From Alphaproteobacteria bacterium (lineage in GTDB: Bacteria > Pseudomonadota > Alphaproteobacteria > GCA-2746255), in assembly GCA_965249135.1 (NCBI GenBank), contig OZ252220.1, positions 224,001-288,000 on the forward strand: a stretch of DNA of 64,000 nucleotides, given 5' to 3'. How positions within the stretch are numbered: position 1 is the stretch's first letter; each line of letters opens with the position of its first letter. This document shows positions 30,851 to 40,839 of the stretch, one piece after another. Both the position numbers and the translations under genes were made by a program. The notes beneath the pieces are model-generated. The model was not told the origin of the DNA and made no database searches. It saw only the letters and a list, made by a program, of their open reading frames with translations.

Positions 30851-32560
30851 TCGGGCGCCGGCCGAACTGATGGCACCCTTGTCCATGGCGCTTTCCTGGC
30901 GGGTCACGGCCAGAATCAACGCCGGTTCCGGCCCTTCATTCGGAAGATCCAGAATCGGATAACCGCGCACGAAAAGAGAAATATTCTTGCGTTGCGCCTG
31001 TTTTGTGATTTTCACGGCAAGGTCCGGGCGGTCAAGCGAGAAGGCGAAGTCGGCAAGCCAGGCATACACTTCCGGCGTGTCGGCCTGCTCCGCAAGCCGC
31101 AGGATGAAGGGGCGAATGTGTTTCTTCGCGCCGATTTCCTGGAGGAGGCGCACGACCTGGGTAAGTGGGTTTGCCTCAAGCGCCTGCACCGTGGCTTGCG
31201 AGGGCTCGAGCTGCCGAGGGAAGGCGAGCGGCCTCCGCCCACTTATATGCTCCGCCGCCAATTGTCCGTAATAGGTGGTGAGGTACTGCGAGGCGATCCG
31301 GAACCAACGGCCCTGCGTACTGCGCGCGCCCATTGCCTGCGCCGAACGGGCCGCCCAATACGCTCCGCGCGCACGGCTGATCGGGTAGCGCGCCACCCGG
31401 TAAATATTCGCGAAATGGGTGAAGGCGGCTTGATACTCGTTCAGGAATCGAAGGGCGATCCAGCCGGCTAGCCATTCTGCCTCGGCGAAACTTTCGCCTT
31501 CCGTCTGCCCATGCTTGCTGGCCAGACGGCAGGCTTCCGAATAGTACCCGTCACGAAAAAGCCTGCGGATGACGACCACGCGCTCCCGCCACCAGCGCGC
31601 GGGCCGGACGAGCGCAGGTAGCGAGCGTTCCAGAATCTCCCGTGCCGATTCGATCTTCCCTTTGCGCCGTCGCCAACGAAGCCGTTCGTACATAAGACCA
31701 GGGTCGGCCTTCAAATGTTTTGGCACGCGCTGGACATCTTTATCGACGGCCCATGATCGCTTCATCAGACTGATCCGCGCGATAGCCAGGTTACGCGGGC
31801 CGGGATTGATCCGGTAAAGCATGCGGTGTGCTTCCCAGTGACGGCCATCCCATAACAGACGATCCGTTCGCCTCTCATGGTCCGCCTTGCTAAAAAGCCT
31901 CCGGTGCTTCGCGAGGAAACGCCGTTCCTCATGGCGGGCAAAGTTGTGTTGGATCCATGTCTCTCTTAAATATACTTCGGCTGCTTCACGATCTTCCCCC
32001 CGTAACATTGCCTCGCCCATTAGGATGCGTCCGCGGGTTGTGACTGGCGGATAATCGGAAAACCAGGCAAGGATCATCTCATCTGGAAGCTTGATGGGCA
32101 TGGCCTCTTCGGCACGTTGCCGAAGCAGCCGTTGATCTGGCCATTCCGGATGTTGCCGAAGGAAGGTTGCGATTTCGTCGAAGGAAGCCTTCGTTCCCGG
32201 CCGCGTGTAGTAGAGCCAATGGATGACTTCCGCCGGTATCGGGTTGCGCGCAAGCGCAGAAAAGACAAGCGCTTTTTTCCAACGCTTCTTTTTCGCTTCC
32301 GCGAACGCGCGCGTGTAGGTACCAAGATCGGAAGCGGAAAGAAGCCAGGTCGCCTTTTCCTTCTCATTCTCTTCCGCCTTCGCGAAGGATGGCGCGAAAG
32401 ACGCAAGCGCAAGGAAAAAGACGCCAATGACGACCCCGCGAAGAAGGGCGTGCGTCGAGGGCGTGTGTCGAAGCTGTCGAAGTTGGACCGTGCGCATCCA
32501 CCAAAGAAGGACGTTGAAAACGGTCGTATCCATATCAAGGCCATAACGGCATTTCAACAA
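30851..32560 (-). pseudogene. slt: Soluble lytic transglycosylase (Slt70/SdpA-like), 5' part interrupted by the intron
   Basis: Signal peptide, FLRQHPEWP, EAEWLAGWIALRFL, ARGAYWAAR, TTYYGQLA, LILAVTRQES (catalytic Glu), SSAGAR, then intron sequence; divergent from dapA. Confidence 0.9.
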
Positions 32561-32632
32561 GCACCCCCGCCCTTGCCGCCACGGAGAGGGGGGGTTATGT
32601 TCCGCGGATTAGCCGGAATTTGGTAGCGTAAA

Positions 32633-33508
32633 ATGTTTAAAGGTTCCTTTGTCGCGCTCGTAACCCCCTTTCGCGATGGCGCCATCGATGAGACGGCCTA
32701 CCAGGGATTTATCGATTGGCAGATCGGGCAGGGGACCCATGGCCTGGTGCCATGCGGGACGACGGGCGAATCGCCGACCTTGAGCCATGCGGAACACATG
32801 CGGGTCGTCGAGCTCTGCGTCGAGGTGGCCCAGGGCCGTGTGCCCGTCGTCGCGGGCAGCGGGTCGAACTCGACGGAGGAGGCGATCCAGCTGACGCGCC
32901 ACGCCAAGGAGGCGGGTGCGGATGCGGCCTTGATCATCACGCCTTATTACAACAAGCCCTCGCAAGAAGGCCTCTATCAGCATTACAAGGCTATCCAGGA
33001 CGCCGTCGAACTGCCGATTATTATTTATAATATTCCGGGGCGCTGCGTGGTCGACATGTCGGTCGCCACGATGGCGCGTCTTGGCAAGCTTCCGAATATC
33101 ATCGGCGTGAAAGACGCAACGGCTGATCTGGCGCGCCCCTCTGCGACGCGACGCGCAATCGGTGACGGTTTCTGTCAGCTTTCCGGCGAGGATGCCACGG
33201 TTCTTGCGTTTCTGGGTGAAGGTGGTCACGGATGCATCTCGGTATCGGCAAACGTTGCGCCGAAGCTCCTCGCCGAGATGCATACTGCATGGATGAAAGG
33301 CGATCACACGACGGCGCGCGGGATTCGGGACCGGTTGGTGCCGGTGCATGAGGCCATGTTCGTCGATACAAATCCGTGCCCCGTCAAATATGCGGTCAGC
33401 CTTCAGGGGCACTGTTCTGGCGAGTTGCGTCTTCCCCTTGTGGAGGTTTCGAAGGAAAACAAGGAGCGCATTCGGCAAGCATTGGAAACGGCAGGCTTGT
33501 TGGCCTGA
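32633..33508 (+). CDS. dapA: 4-hydroxy-tetrahydrodipicolinate synthase
   Basis: ALVTPF, CGTTGESPTL, TPYYNKPSQEG, IYNIPGR, IGVKDAT. Confidence 0.97.
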   Translation: MFKGSFVALVTPFRDGAIDETAYQGFIDWQIGQGTHGLVPCGTTGESPTLSHAEHMRVVELCVEVAQGRVPVVAGSGSNSTEEAIQLTRHAKEAGADAALIITPYYNKPSQEGLYQHYKAIQDAVELPIIIYNIPGRCVVDMSVATMARLGKLPNIIGVKDATADLARPSATRRAIGDGFCQLSGEDATVLAFLGEGGHGCISVSANVAPKLLAEMHTAWMKGDHTTARGIRDRLVPVHEAMFVDTNPCPVKYAVSLQGHCSGELRLPLVEVSKENKERIRQALETAGLLA

Positions 33509-33516
33509 GGCCATGG

Positions 33517-33987
33517 ATGGCAAGGGCGCTTACCTCCGCCGATCGCTATGTGGCGCTAAACCGAAAAGCCCGCCACAATTATGCCATCGAAGAGACTCTC
33601 GAGACGGGAATCGTGTTGACCGGTTCGGAAGTGAAGTCGCTGCGACTTGGTCGTTGTTCGCTGAGTGATTCCTACGCGACGGAAAAGGATGGCGAACTCT
33701 ATCTCTTCAATACACATATTGCGGAATATGCTTCCAGCCGCGAGGACCATCATGCCACGCGTCCAAGAAAGCTGCTGGTTCATCGTCGCGAAATGGATCG
33801 CCTTCTTGGTGCTGTCAAGCGGGAAGGCATGACCCTTGTTCCGCTCGCGGTTTATTTTAATGATCGCGGGATCGCGAAGGTGTCCCTGGGCCTGGCGAAG
33901 GGGAAACGCAAATTTGATAAGCGTGCGGACGAAAAGGCGCGGGAATGGCGTCGCCAGAAAGAACGACTCTTGAAGGAAAAATCTTAG
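33517..33987 (+). CDS. smpB: SsrA-binding protein
   Basis: NRKARHNY..ETGIVLTGSEVKSLR, RPRKLL, GMTLVPL, KGKRKFDKR. Confidence 0.97.
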   Translation: MARALTSADRYVALNRKARHNYAIEETLETGIVLTGSEVKSLRLGRCSLSDSYATEKDGELYLFNTHIAEYASSREDHHATRPRKLLVHRREMDRLLGAVKREGMTLVPLAVYFNDRGIAKVSLGLAKGKRKFDKRADEKAREWRRQKERLLKEKS

Positions 33988-34002
33988 GGCGCGAGGAAGG
34001 GG

Positions 34003-34674
34003 ATGACGGAAAAGAACCCGACGCTCTTCGGTAAAGTCCGGGAAAAACTCATTCGCCGGAAGGAGGAATGGGCAAGGCAGGGGCGTTTGCTCACCGGCCA
34101 GACGGCAAAACCCGGCGCGCCTGTGCGCCTTCCCCCGGGTCAGCGGGAAGTCAAGAACTAGCCCGTTCTCGATCTTGGCGCCCAGCCGGAGGTTTCATCG
34201 CAGATGTGGGGCTTGCGCATCGATGGCCTGGTCGCCAATCCCCTTGCCTGGGACATGGCCACCTTTCTCGTCCAGCCCCAGATCGAGAGCATCTCCGACA
34301 TCCACTGCGTGACCGCATGGTCGCGTTACGACAACCGTTGGCAAGGGGTAAGCGCGCGTCACCTTCTCTGCGTCGTCGAACCACTGCCTGAAGCGCGTTT
34401 CATCGTGTTTCATAGCTACGATGGTTATACGACAAACATCAATCCGGCCGATTTCGATGACGAGGATGTGCTGCTCGCCCATAGCTGGGAAGAAAAACCT
34501 CTGACCCGCGAGCATGGCGGTCCGGTTCGCGTCGTCGTTCCGAAACGCCATTTCTGGAAGAGCGCGAAGTGGGTTTGCCGAATCGAATTCATCGGAAAGA
34601 ACCGTCCGGGTTTCTGGGAAGAGCGTGGCTACCATAACGAAGGCGATCCGTGGAAAGAGGAACGCCACGGATAG
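34003..34674 (+). pseudogene. Sulfite-oxidase-like molybdopterin oxidoreductase (MsrP/YuiH-like) with internal amber stop
   Basis: ATG34003 with RBS; RLPPGQREVKN*PVLDLG with TAG at 34159-34161 where the family has Trp; DIHCVTAWS, EHGGPVR, WKSAKW, GFWEERGYH follow in the same frame. Confidence 0.88.
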
Positions 34675-34693
34675 CGCCAACCTGCCTTGCGTC

Positions 34694-35377
34694 TCAAACA
34701 CGCTCGCGCATCTCGCGGATCACCGCTTCGAACATTGCTTCCGTGAGCCGGCCCGTATTCGTGTTGTAACGCGAGCAATGGTAGCTATCGACAAGCAAAA
34801 GACCATCCGGAAGGGAATGGCAGGCACCGTGACGGAAGGGATAAGCGCTGCGCTTGCACCCGAATGCCGCGAGAACGGCATTGTGGGCGATCTGACCAAG
34901 GGCTAGCAGGAAACGAAGCTCCGCCATGGCCGCGATCTCGTGCGTGAGGAAACACCCACAGGATTTGATCTCGTCCGGTGTCGGCCGATTCTCGGGAGGC
35001 ACGCAACGCACGGCATTCGTAATCCGACAATCCACTAGTTCCAGCCCGTCCCAAGGGGCCGCGCGATACTCGCCATGGGTGAATCCGTATTTTCCAAGCA
35101 TGCCGTAGAGAAGATCGCCCGCAGTGTCACCGGTGAAGGGGCGCCCCGTCCGGTTGGCACCCTTCAAGCCGGGGGCAAGCCCGACAATCAACGCTTTTGC
35201 GCCTTTCGGCCCGAAGGAGGGGACGGGCGCATTGTGCCAATCGGGATGCGCATTGTGATTCTCGGCCCGGAAGGCGACAAGCCGCGGACAATTGGGACAT
35301 TCCTTCCCCGGTTCGCCGCCTTTCCGGGGCGCGACGTTTTCGGGAGGGCCTTTGCGGGTCGTTTCCTGGGCTGACAA
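34694..35377 (-). CDS. Uracil-DNA glycosylase (family 5-like, Fe-S)
   Basis: CPNCPRL, GLAPGLKGANRTGRPFTGD, NAVRCVPPENRP, DSYHCSRYNTNT. Confidence 0.93.
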   Translation of the reverse strand: MSAQETTRKGPPENVAPRKGGEPGKECPNCPRLVAFRAENHNAHPDWHNAPVPSFGPKGAKALIVGLAPGLKGANRTGRPFTGDTAGDLLYGMLGKYGFTHGEYRAAPWDGLELVDCRITNAVRCVPPENRPTPDEIKSCGCFLTHEIAAMAELRFLLALGQIAHNAVLAAFGCKRSAYPFRHGACHSLPDGLLLVDSYHCSRYNTNTGRLTEAMFEAVIREMRERV

Positions 35378-35440
35378 GATCTTGTCGGGCTTTAAGAGGG
35401 GTTTTGTAAAGAGCAGGATTACTTCGGTTCTGGGGGCGAA

Positions 35441-35468
35441 CCGGACTATTCTAGCCGGACTATTCTAG
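35441..35468 (+). repeat. Perfect 14-bp tandem duplication in the udg-folK intergenic region
   Basis: CCGGACTATTCTAG x2. Confidence 0.93.
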
Positions 35469-35529
35469 ATAGTCGGGCCTTCGCTTCAAACCGGTGAATC
35501 GAAGGCGATACGAAGAGGATGACGAAAGC

Positions 35530-36060
35530 ATGATCCTGATCGGTCTGGGTTCCAATCTTCCAACGGCCACCCACGGGGATCCCTTGGAAAATTGCGAGGC
35601 GGCCCTTTCCGCGCTCACCGCCGTCGGCGTGACGATCCTGCGCCGGTCCCGTTGGTACGAGAGTGCGCCGGTGCCGGCTTCCGACCAGCCGTGGTTCATA
35701 AATGGGGTCGTGGCGGTGGCGACGGAGCGGATGCCGGGTGACCTGCTGGCGCTTTGCCAGCGGATCGAACACCGTTTCGGCCGCGAGCGCCGGGAGAGGA
35801 ATGCCCCACGAACCCTTGATCTTGATCTCCTTGCCTGGGAGGACCGGGTCATTGGGGGCAAGGGGGAGGCGCTTACCATTCCTCACCCGCGTCTCCAGGA
35901 ACGCGCCTTTGTCCTTTATCCACTGGCCGAGATCGCCCCGGACTGGCGCCATCCCGTGCTCGGCATTTCTGTCGCCGGTCTGATCCGTCGTCTGGCAAAG
36001 GATCAACAGGCTTTTCCATTGGAAAACGAAGGGGATAGGGTGTCCGGGACGACCCGCTAG
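35530..36060 (+). CDS. folK: HPPK (6-hydroxymethyl-7,8-dihydropterin pyrophosphokinase)
   Basis: ILIGLGSNL, SRWYES, DQPWFINGV, RNAPRTLDLDLL, IPHPRLQERAFVL. Confidence 0.96.
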   Translation: MILIGLGSNLPTATHGDPLENCEAALSALTAVGVTILRRSRWYESAPVPASDQPWFINGVVAVATERMPGDLLALCQRIEHRFGRERRERNAPRTLDLDLLAWEDRVIGGKGEALTIPHPRLQERAFVLYPLAEIAPDWRHPVLGISVAGLIRRLAKDQQAFPLENEGDRVSGTTR

Positions 36061-36126
36061 GCTTGCGTTCGACGCAGTGCAGCAATATATTCCTTCGATC
36101 CTTGAGTCTTACCGAAGAGGCGTCCG

Positions 36127-36693
36127 ATGGCCCGTGTCACCGTCGAAGATTGCGTTACCAGAGTACCGAACCGTTTCGAGCTCGTGATCCTCGCCGCTCA
36201 GCGGGCCCGCGAGATTGTTGCCGGAGCGGCCTTGACCGTGGACCGGGACCGGGACCGGAATCCAGTCGTCGCCCTTCGCGAAATCGCCGAATTGACGGTC
36301 GATTTGGATGGCCTTCGGGACGAGAAGGTGCGCTCGCTGCAAAAGCATGTGAAGCTTGAGGAGCCGGAGGAGGACATCCTCGAACTGGTCGAGCAAGAGC
36401 AGCAGCACGCGGCAGAGGTTGGTGAAGCCACCCCAGCCGAAGAGATCGCAGAAGACCTGCTTTCGGTGGATGAGGGATCGGTCAAATTAGCCTCTCTGGG
36501 GGAAGCGGAAGCACTTCCCGAGGAAACAGAAGCGGAAGTGACCCCTAAAGAAGTGGAAGCAGAAGTGACTCCTGAGGAAACGGAAGCGGAAGTGACTCCC
36601 GAAGAAACGGAAGCGCCTTCCGAAGAAACGGAAGACGAGGCGCTTCCGGAGATAAAAGAAGAGGAAGAGGTTGTCGACCAGGACAAAACGTGA
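36127..36693 (+). CDS. rpoZ: RNA polymerase omega subunit with long acidic repetitive tail
   Basis: [31 protein letters not shown]; C-terminal EETEAEVTP repeats. Confidence 0.96.
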   Translation: MARVTVEDCVTRVPNRFELVILAAQRAREIVAGAALTVDRDRDRNPVVALREIAELTVDLDGLRDEKVRSLQKHVKLEEPEEDILELVEQEQQHAAEVGEATPAEEIAEDLLSVDEGSVKLASLGEAEALPEETEAEVTPKEVEAEVTPEETEAEVTPEETEAPSEETEDEALPEIKEEEEVVDQDKT

Positions 36694-36811
36694 TTGGACG
36701 GCGCCCGCCCGATCCACGATCGGACACCGCCGGGGTTCCTGACCTTCCGTGTTTCTTTGTACGGCGGCTTCGTTTCTCAAACCTGAGGTTTTTAACGAGG
36801 CGTGATCGCCG

Positions 36812-38959
36812 ATGATTCGGCAATTCGAATTGGTGGAGGCCGTGAAGGCGTACGATCCCTCTGTCGATGAGGAAATGCTGAATCGCGCCTATGTGTTTTC
36901 GATGAAGGCACATGGCGCCCAGATGCGCGAGTCAGGGGATCCCTATTTTCTGCATCCTCTCGAAGTTGCTGGCATCCTTACGCGGTTGAAACTTGGCGGG
37001 CCGTCTATCGTGACGGCGCTGCTTCATGACACGGTTGAAGACACGTTGACGACCGTCGATGAACTTGAGCATCAATTCGGTCCCGAAATCGCCAGTCTGG
37101 TCAACGGTGTTACAAAACTTTCAAGAATCGAACTTCAATCCGACCATACGCAACAGGCGGAAAACTTTCGCAAGCTAGTGCTTGCAATGTCGGACGATAT
37201 TCGCGTTCTTCTCGTGAAACTCGCCGATCGCCTTCACAACATGCGCACCCTCTACTACATCCAGGATCCGGAAAAACGTCGGCGCATTGCCCGGGAGACG
37301 ATGGATATTTATGCGCCTTTGGCAAATCGGATCGGCCTTCAGGAGATGAAGGACGAATTGCAGGACCTGGCCTTTGCGGAATTGGACCGGGATGCCCGGA
37401 ATTCTGTTCTCGCCCGGCTTAGCTACCTGCGCCAGGAAGGTGGGGAAAAAGTTCCAAAAATCTTTCAGGGACTCGAGGCAACTCTAAAAGAAGGCGGCGT
37501 CGAAGCATCCATCTCGGGGCGCGAAAAGAAATGCTATTCCATTTGGAAGAAAATGGAGCAAAAGAACATCAGCTTCGAGCAACTGTCGGATGTGATGGCA
37601 TTCCGTGTGGTGGTTGCGGGACCTGAAGAATGCTATCGCGCGCTTGGCATTCTGCATCGGCGTTACCGGGTGGTGCCGGCGCGTTTCAAGGACTATATCA
37701 GCACGCCCAAGCCGAACGGCTATCGTTCGCTTCATACCGATGTCATCGGCCCCGAACGGCAGCGGGTCGAGATCCAGATTCGCACCCAGGATATGCAGGA
37801 CATCGCCGAACGCGGTGTCGCGGCCCACTGGCAGTACAAGGACCAACCGGCCAGCGCTACGGACGGTCGCCAGTATCGCTGGCTTCGCGAGCTTCTGGAG
37901 TTGTTGGAGAATGCCTCCGATCCGGCTGAATTCCTCGAAGAAACCAAACTCGGCATGTTTCAGGATCAGGTCTTCTGTTTTACGCCGAAGGGAGATCTGA
38001 TTGCGCTACCCCGTGGGGCCACGCCAGTGGATTTAGCCTATGCCGTCCATTCGGAAATTGGAAACACGTGCGTCGGCGCGAAGGTAAACGGACGAATGCT
38101 GCCGCTGCAAAGTCAGCTTCACAATGGGGATCAGGTCGAGATCATCACGTCAAAGGCACAAACCCCGTCGCCCACATGGGAGCGCTTTATCGTCACCAGT
38201 AAGGCACGCATGTGTGTTCGCCGTTTCGTACGCTTGAAACAACGCGATCAATATATCCAATTGGGAAGGGCGATTTTTGAACGCACGGTTCAAAATGAAG
38301 GAGACAAGCTAAACAATAAGATTTTAGAGGGTGTCTGCAAAAGCTTTCATTGTGAAACTGCAGACGACCTTTACGCCGCAATCGGCGAGGGACGTCATAC
38401 GGCCAAGGAGATTTTTAAGGCCGTTTTTCCTGGCAGGTCTTCCCGTTTGCGTGCGCGTGGCGTTATCTCGCTTCCCAGGCGCAAACGCAAAAAGAAGGGT
38501 CGAGAGAATCCCATTCCGATCCGGGGTCTCATTCCCGGGATGGCGGTTCACTATGCAAGCTGTTGCAGCCCACTTCCCGGCGATCGCATCGTTGGCATCG
38601 TGACGAAAGGGAAAGGCGTCACCATCCACACGATCGATTGCGAAATTCTACCTTCTTTCAATGAGTTAAAAGATGGCTGGCTGGACGTTTCCTGGGACGC
38701 GGGGGCCGAAGAGGCCGTCGGCCATGTCGGCAGGGTGCGATTGGTCGTCTTGAACGAGCCCGGCACGCTTGGCAATTTGTCGACCGTTATCGCGAATAAC
38801 GACGCAAACATTAACAATTTGAAAATCACGAATCGTTCGACTGATTTCTTCGAATTGGTCATTGATATCGATGTGCAAGACGCTAAACATTTGACCAGCA
38901 TTATTGCTGCCCTTCGTGCGTCTCCGGTGATCAATTCCGTCGAGCGGGCCCGCGGCTGA
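36812..38959 (+). CDS. spoT: Bifunctional (p)ppGpp synthetase/hydrolase Rel/SpoT
   Basis: HGAQMRESGDPY, LLHDTVED, KLADRLHNMRTL, KDYISTPKPNGYRSLH, TGS and ACT domains. Confidence 0.96.
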   Translation: MIRQFELVEAVKAYDPSVDEEMLNRAYVFSMKAHGAQMRESGDPYFLHPLEVAGILTRLKLGGPSIVTALLHDTVEDTLTTVDELEHQFGPEIASLVNGVTKLSRIELQSDHTQQAENFRKLVLAMSDDIRVLLVKLADRLHNMRTLYYIQDPEKRRRIARETMDIYAPLANRIGLQEMKDELQDLAFAELDRDARNSVLARLSYLRQEGGEKVPKIFQGLEATLKEGGVEASISGREKKCYSIWKKMEQKNISFEQLSDVMAFRVVVAGPEECYRALGILHRRYRVVPARFKDYISTPKPNGYRSLHTDVIGPERQRVEIQIRTQDMQDIAERGVAAHWQYKDQPASATDGRQYRWLRELLELLENASDPAEFLEETKLGMFQDQVFCFTPKGDLIALPRGATPVDLAYAVHSEIGNTCVGAKVNGRMLPLQSQLHNGDQVEIITSKAQTPSPTWERFIVTSKARMCVRRFVRLKQRDQYIQLGRAIFERTVQNEGDKLNNKILEGVCKSFHCETADDLYAAIGEGRHTAKEIFKAVFPGRSSRLRARGVISLPRRKRKKKGRENPIPIRGLIPGMAVHYASCCSPLPGDRIVGIVTKGKGVTIHTIDCEILPSFNELKDGWLDVSWDAGAEEAVGHVGRVRLVVLNEPGTLGNLSTVIANNDANINNLKITNRSTDFFELVIDIDVQDAKHLTSIIAALRASPVINSVERARG

Positions 38960-39032
38960 ACGAAGGAAGCGACACGCATTGATCCGTTTCTTTCACAGAT
39001 TGCACAGATTGCAAAGGCGTTAACGTTTCACG

Positions 39033-39662
39033 ATGCTCTTCAAGCGCCAAAAAAAACTGCACCCTATTCTCTATTTGTGCAATGTGCTCTGGCCGAAGTC
39101 CGGCTGGCGGCGGGCGTCACGTTACGTGTTTCACCGGGTCGGGCGGTTGCCCGCGACCCCTTACAGCATCGCGGCCGGTTTTGCGTGTGGGGCGGCGGTC
39201 TCCTTTACGCCCTTCATAGGTTTTCACTTTGCCTCTGCCGCTTTGATCGCTTGGCTAATCGGCGGCAATTTGCTCGCCTCGGCTATCGGCACCGTTATCG
39301 GGAATCCATGGACCTTTCCGCTGATCTGGTTCTGGATCTACCAACTCGGAAACTGGATGCTGCAGCTCGCACCCGATAGAGGTATGCCGGAGCAACTCTC
39401 GCTCCAGATGATTTTTAATCACCCGGATTGGCTGCTTTGGCCGATGGCGGTGGGCAGCATTCCGACGGCCATTGTCGCATGGCTCGCCTTCTACTGGCCG
39501 ATCAAGGCGGTCGTCGCAGGCTATCAGCATCACCGCCATCGCCGTCGCGAGGAAGGGAAAATACGCCGCGCCATGCGGATAGCCGCAGGGAAGGAAAGGT
39601 GGAAGGAAAGGTGGAAGGAAAGGTGGAAGGAAAAGCGGAAGGAAAAGCGATCCGATGACTGA
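39033..39662 (+). CDS. DUF2062 family membrane protein
   Basis: WPKSGWRRA..TPYSIAAGFACG..GNPWTFP. Confidence 0.85.
   Translation: MLFKRQKKLHPILYLCNVLWPKSGWRRASRYVFHRVGRLPATPYSIAAGFACGAAVSFTPFIGFHFASAALIAWLIGGNLLASAIGTVIGNPWTFPLIWFWIYQLGNWMLQLAPDRGMPEQLSLQMIFNHPDWLLWPMAVGSIPTAIVAWLAFYWPIKAVVAGYQHHRHRRREEGKIRRAMRIAAGKERWKERWKERWKEKRKEKRSDD
39589..39648 (+). repeat. 12-bp purine-rich tandem repeat x5 (KERW/KEKR)
   Basis: GGAAGGAAAGGT x3 then GGAAGGAAAAGC x2, ending 6 nt before the pdxJ ATG. Confidence 0.95.
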
Positions 39663-40422
39663 ACGGCTTCGCCTTGGCGTGAACATCGATCACGTGGCGA
39701 CCTTGCGGAACGCCCGCGGCGGGCGGCACCCGGATCCCTTGCGGGCGGCCGAGATGGCGATGCAGGCGGGCGCGGATGGAATCACCGCTCATCTCCGCGA
39801 GGACCGTCGCCACATTCGGGATACGGATATCGCAGCACTCGTCCAACGCGGGCCATTGCCGCTTAACCTTGAGATGGCGGCAACGCGCGGCATGCTCGAA
39901 GTGGCCCTTGCCAATCGGCCGCACGCCGTCTGCCTGGTCCCGGAAAAGCGCCAGGAATTGACGACGGAAGGCGGCCTCGATGCGGTTGCCGGAAAGGCGC
40001 ACCTGGCCCCTTACGTCGAGGCAATGGGGACGGCTGGGATCGAAGTGGCCCTTTTCATCGATCCGGACTTTGCGCAAGTCCAAGCCACAAAGGCGATCGG
40101 CGCGTTTGCGGTCGAACTGCACACCGGACGTTATTGCGACACGCAAAGCATGCCCCGCGCCGACGAGCTTCGCCGCCTGGTCGAAACGGCAAGACGTGCC
40201 GTCGAACTTGGTCTCGAATGCCATGCCGGCCACGGCCTTTGCTTCGATACGGTGGCGCCCGTTGCCGCCATCCCGGAGATCAATGAATTGAACATCGGTC
40301 ATTTTCTGGTGGGCGAGGCGGTTTTTATCGGCCTTGCGGAGAGCATTCGCAGCATGCGGGCCCGGATGGATGCCGCCCGGGACGTTTCTTCGCAGGAAAC
40401 AGCGCGGCGGGACTCCGCATGA
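39655..40422 (+). CDS. pdxJ: Pyridoxine 5'-phosphate synthase
   Basis: [54 protein letters not shown]. Confidence 0.97.
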   Translation: MTERLRLGVNIDHVATLRNARGGRHPDPLRAAEMAMQAGADGITAHLREDRRHIRDTDIAALVQRGPLPLNLEMAATRGMLEVALANRPHAVCLVPEKRQELTTEGGLDAVAGKAHLAPYVEAMGTAGIEVALFIDPDFAQVQATKAIGAFAVELHTGRYCDTQSMPRADELRRLVETARRAVELGLECHAGHGLCFDTVAPVAAIPEINELNIGHFLVGEAVFIGLAESIRSMRARMDAARDVSSQETARRDSA

Positions 40423-40826
40423 TCATCGGCTTTGGAAGCGATTTGATCGACATTCGCCGGATCGAGCGCACCCTCGAACGATTCGGTGACCGTTTCACCC
40501 ATCGCCTCTTTACGGAAGCCGAGCGGAAGAAGGCGACCCGGCGTCCCGTGGCGCTAGCCGCCACCTACGCGAAACGGTTTGCCGCCAAGGAAGCCTGTTC
40601 GAAGGCCTTGGGCACCGGGCTGCGGAAAGGCGTCTTCTGGCGTGACATGGGCATCGTGAACGACGCCACCGGCAAACCGACGATCGAGCTCACCGGTGGC
40701 GCCGCGCAGCGCATGGCAGAGATTACACCGCCGGGGATGTCGGCCAGGCTCGAAGTGTCTCTAAGCGACGAGTACCCGTATGCTCAGGCCAGCGTCATCA
40801 TCTATACCGTCTCAAAGACGAACTAG
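40419..40826 (+). CDS. acpS: Holo-ACP synthase
   Basis: [37 protein letters not shown]. Confidence 0.96.
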   Translation: MIIGFGSDLIDIRRIERTLERFGDRFTHRLFTEAERKKATRRPVALAATYAKRFAAKEACSKALGTGLRKGVFWRDMGIVNDATGKPTIELTGGAAQRMAEITPPGMSARLEVSLSDEYPYAQASVIIYTVSKTN

Positions 40827-40839
40827 AGGGCTGCACCAC

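Noticed and set aside
29375-31471. 698-aa plus-strand ORF spanning the intron and slt
   Set aside because: It is antisense to the RT and slt, has Arg/Pro/Ala-rich composition and no recognisable motif. Long shadow ORFs are common in this GC-rich window (for example 11782-13329 and 58479-59888).
34159-34161. Pyrrolysine or alternative genetic code
   Set aside because: TAG terminates many core genes here, the position corresponds to Trp (one substitution from TGG), and there are no pyl genes in the window.
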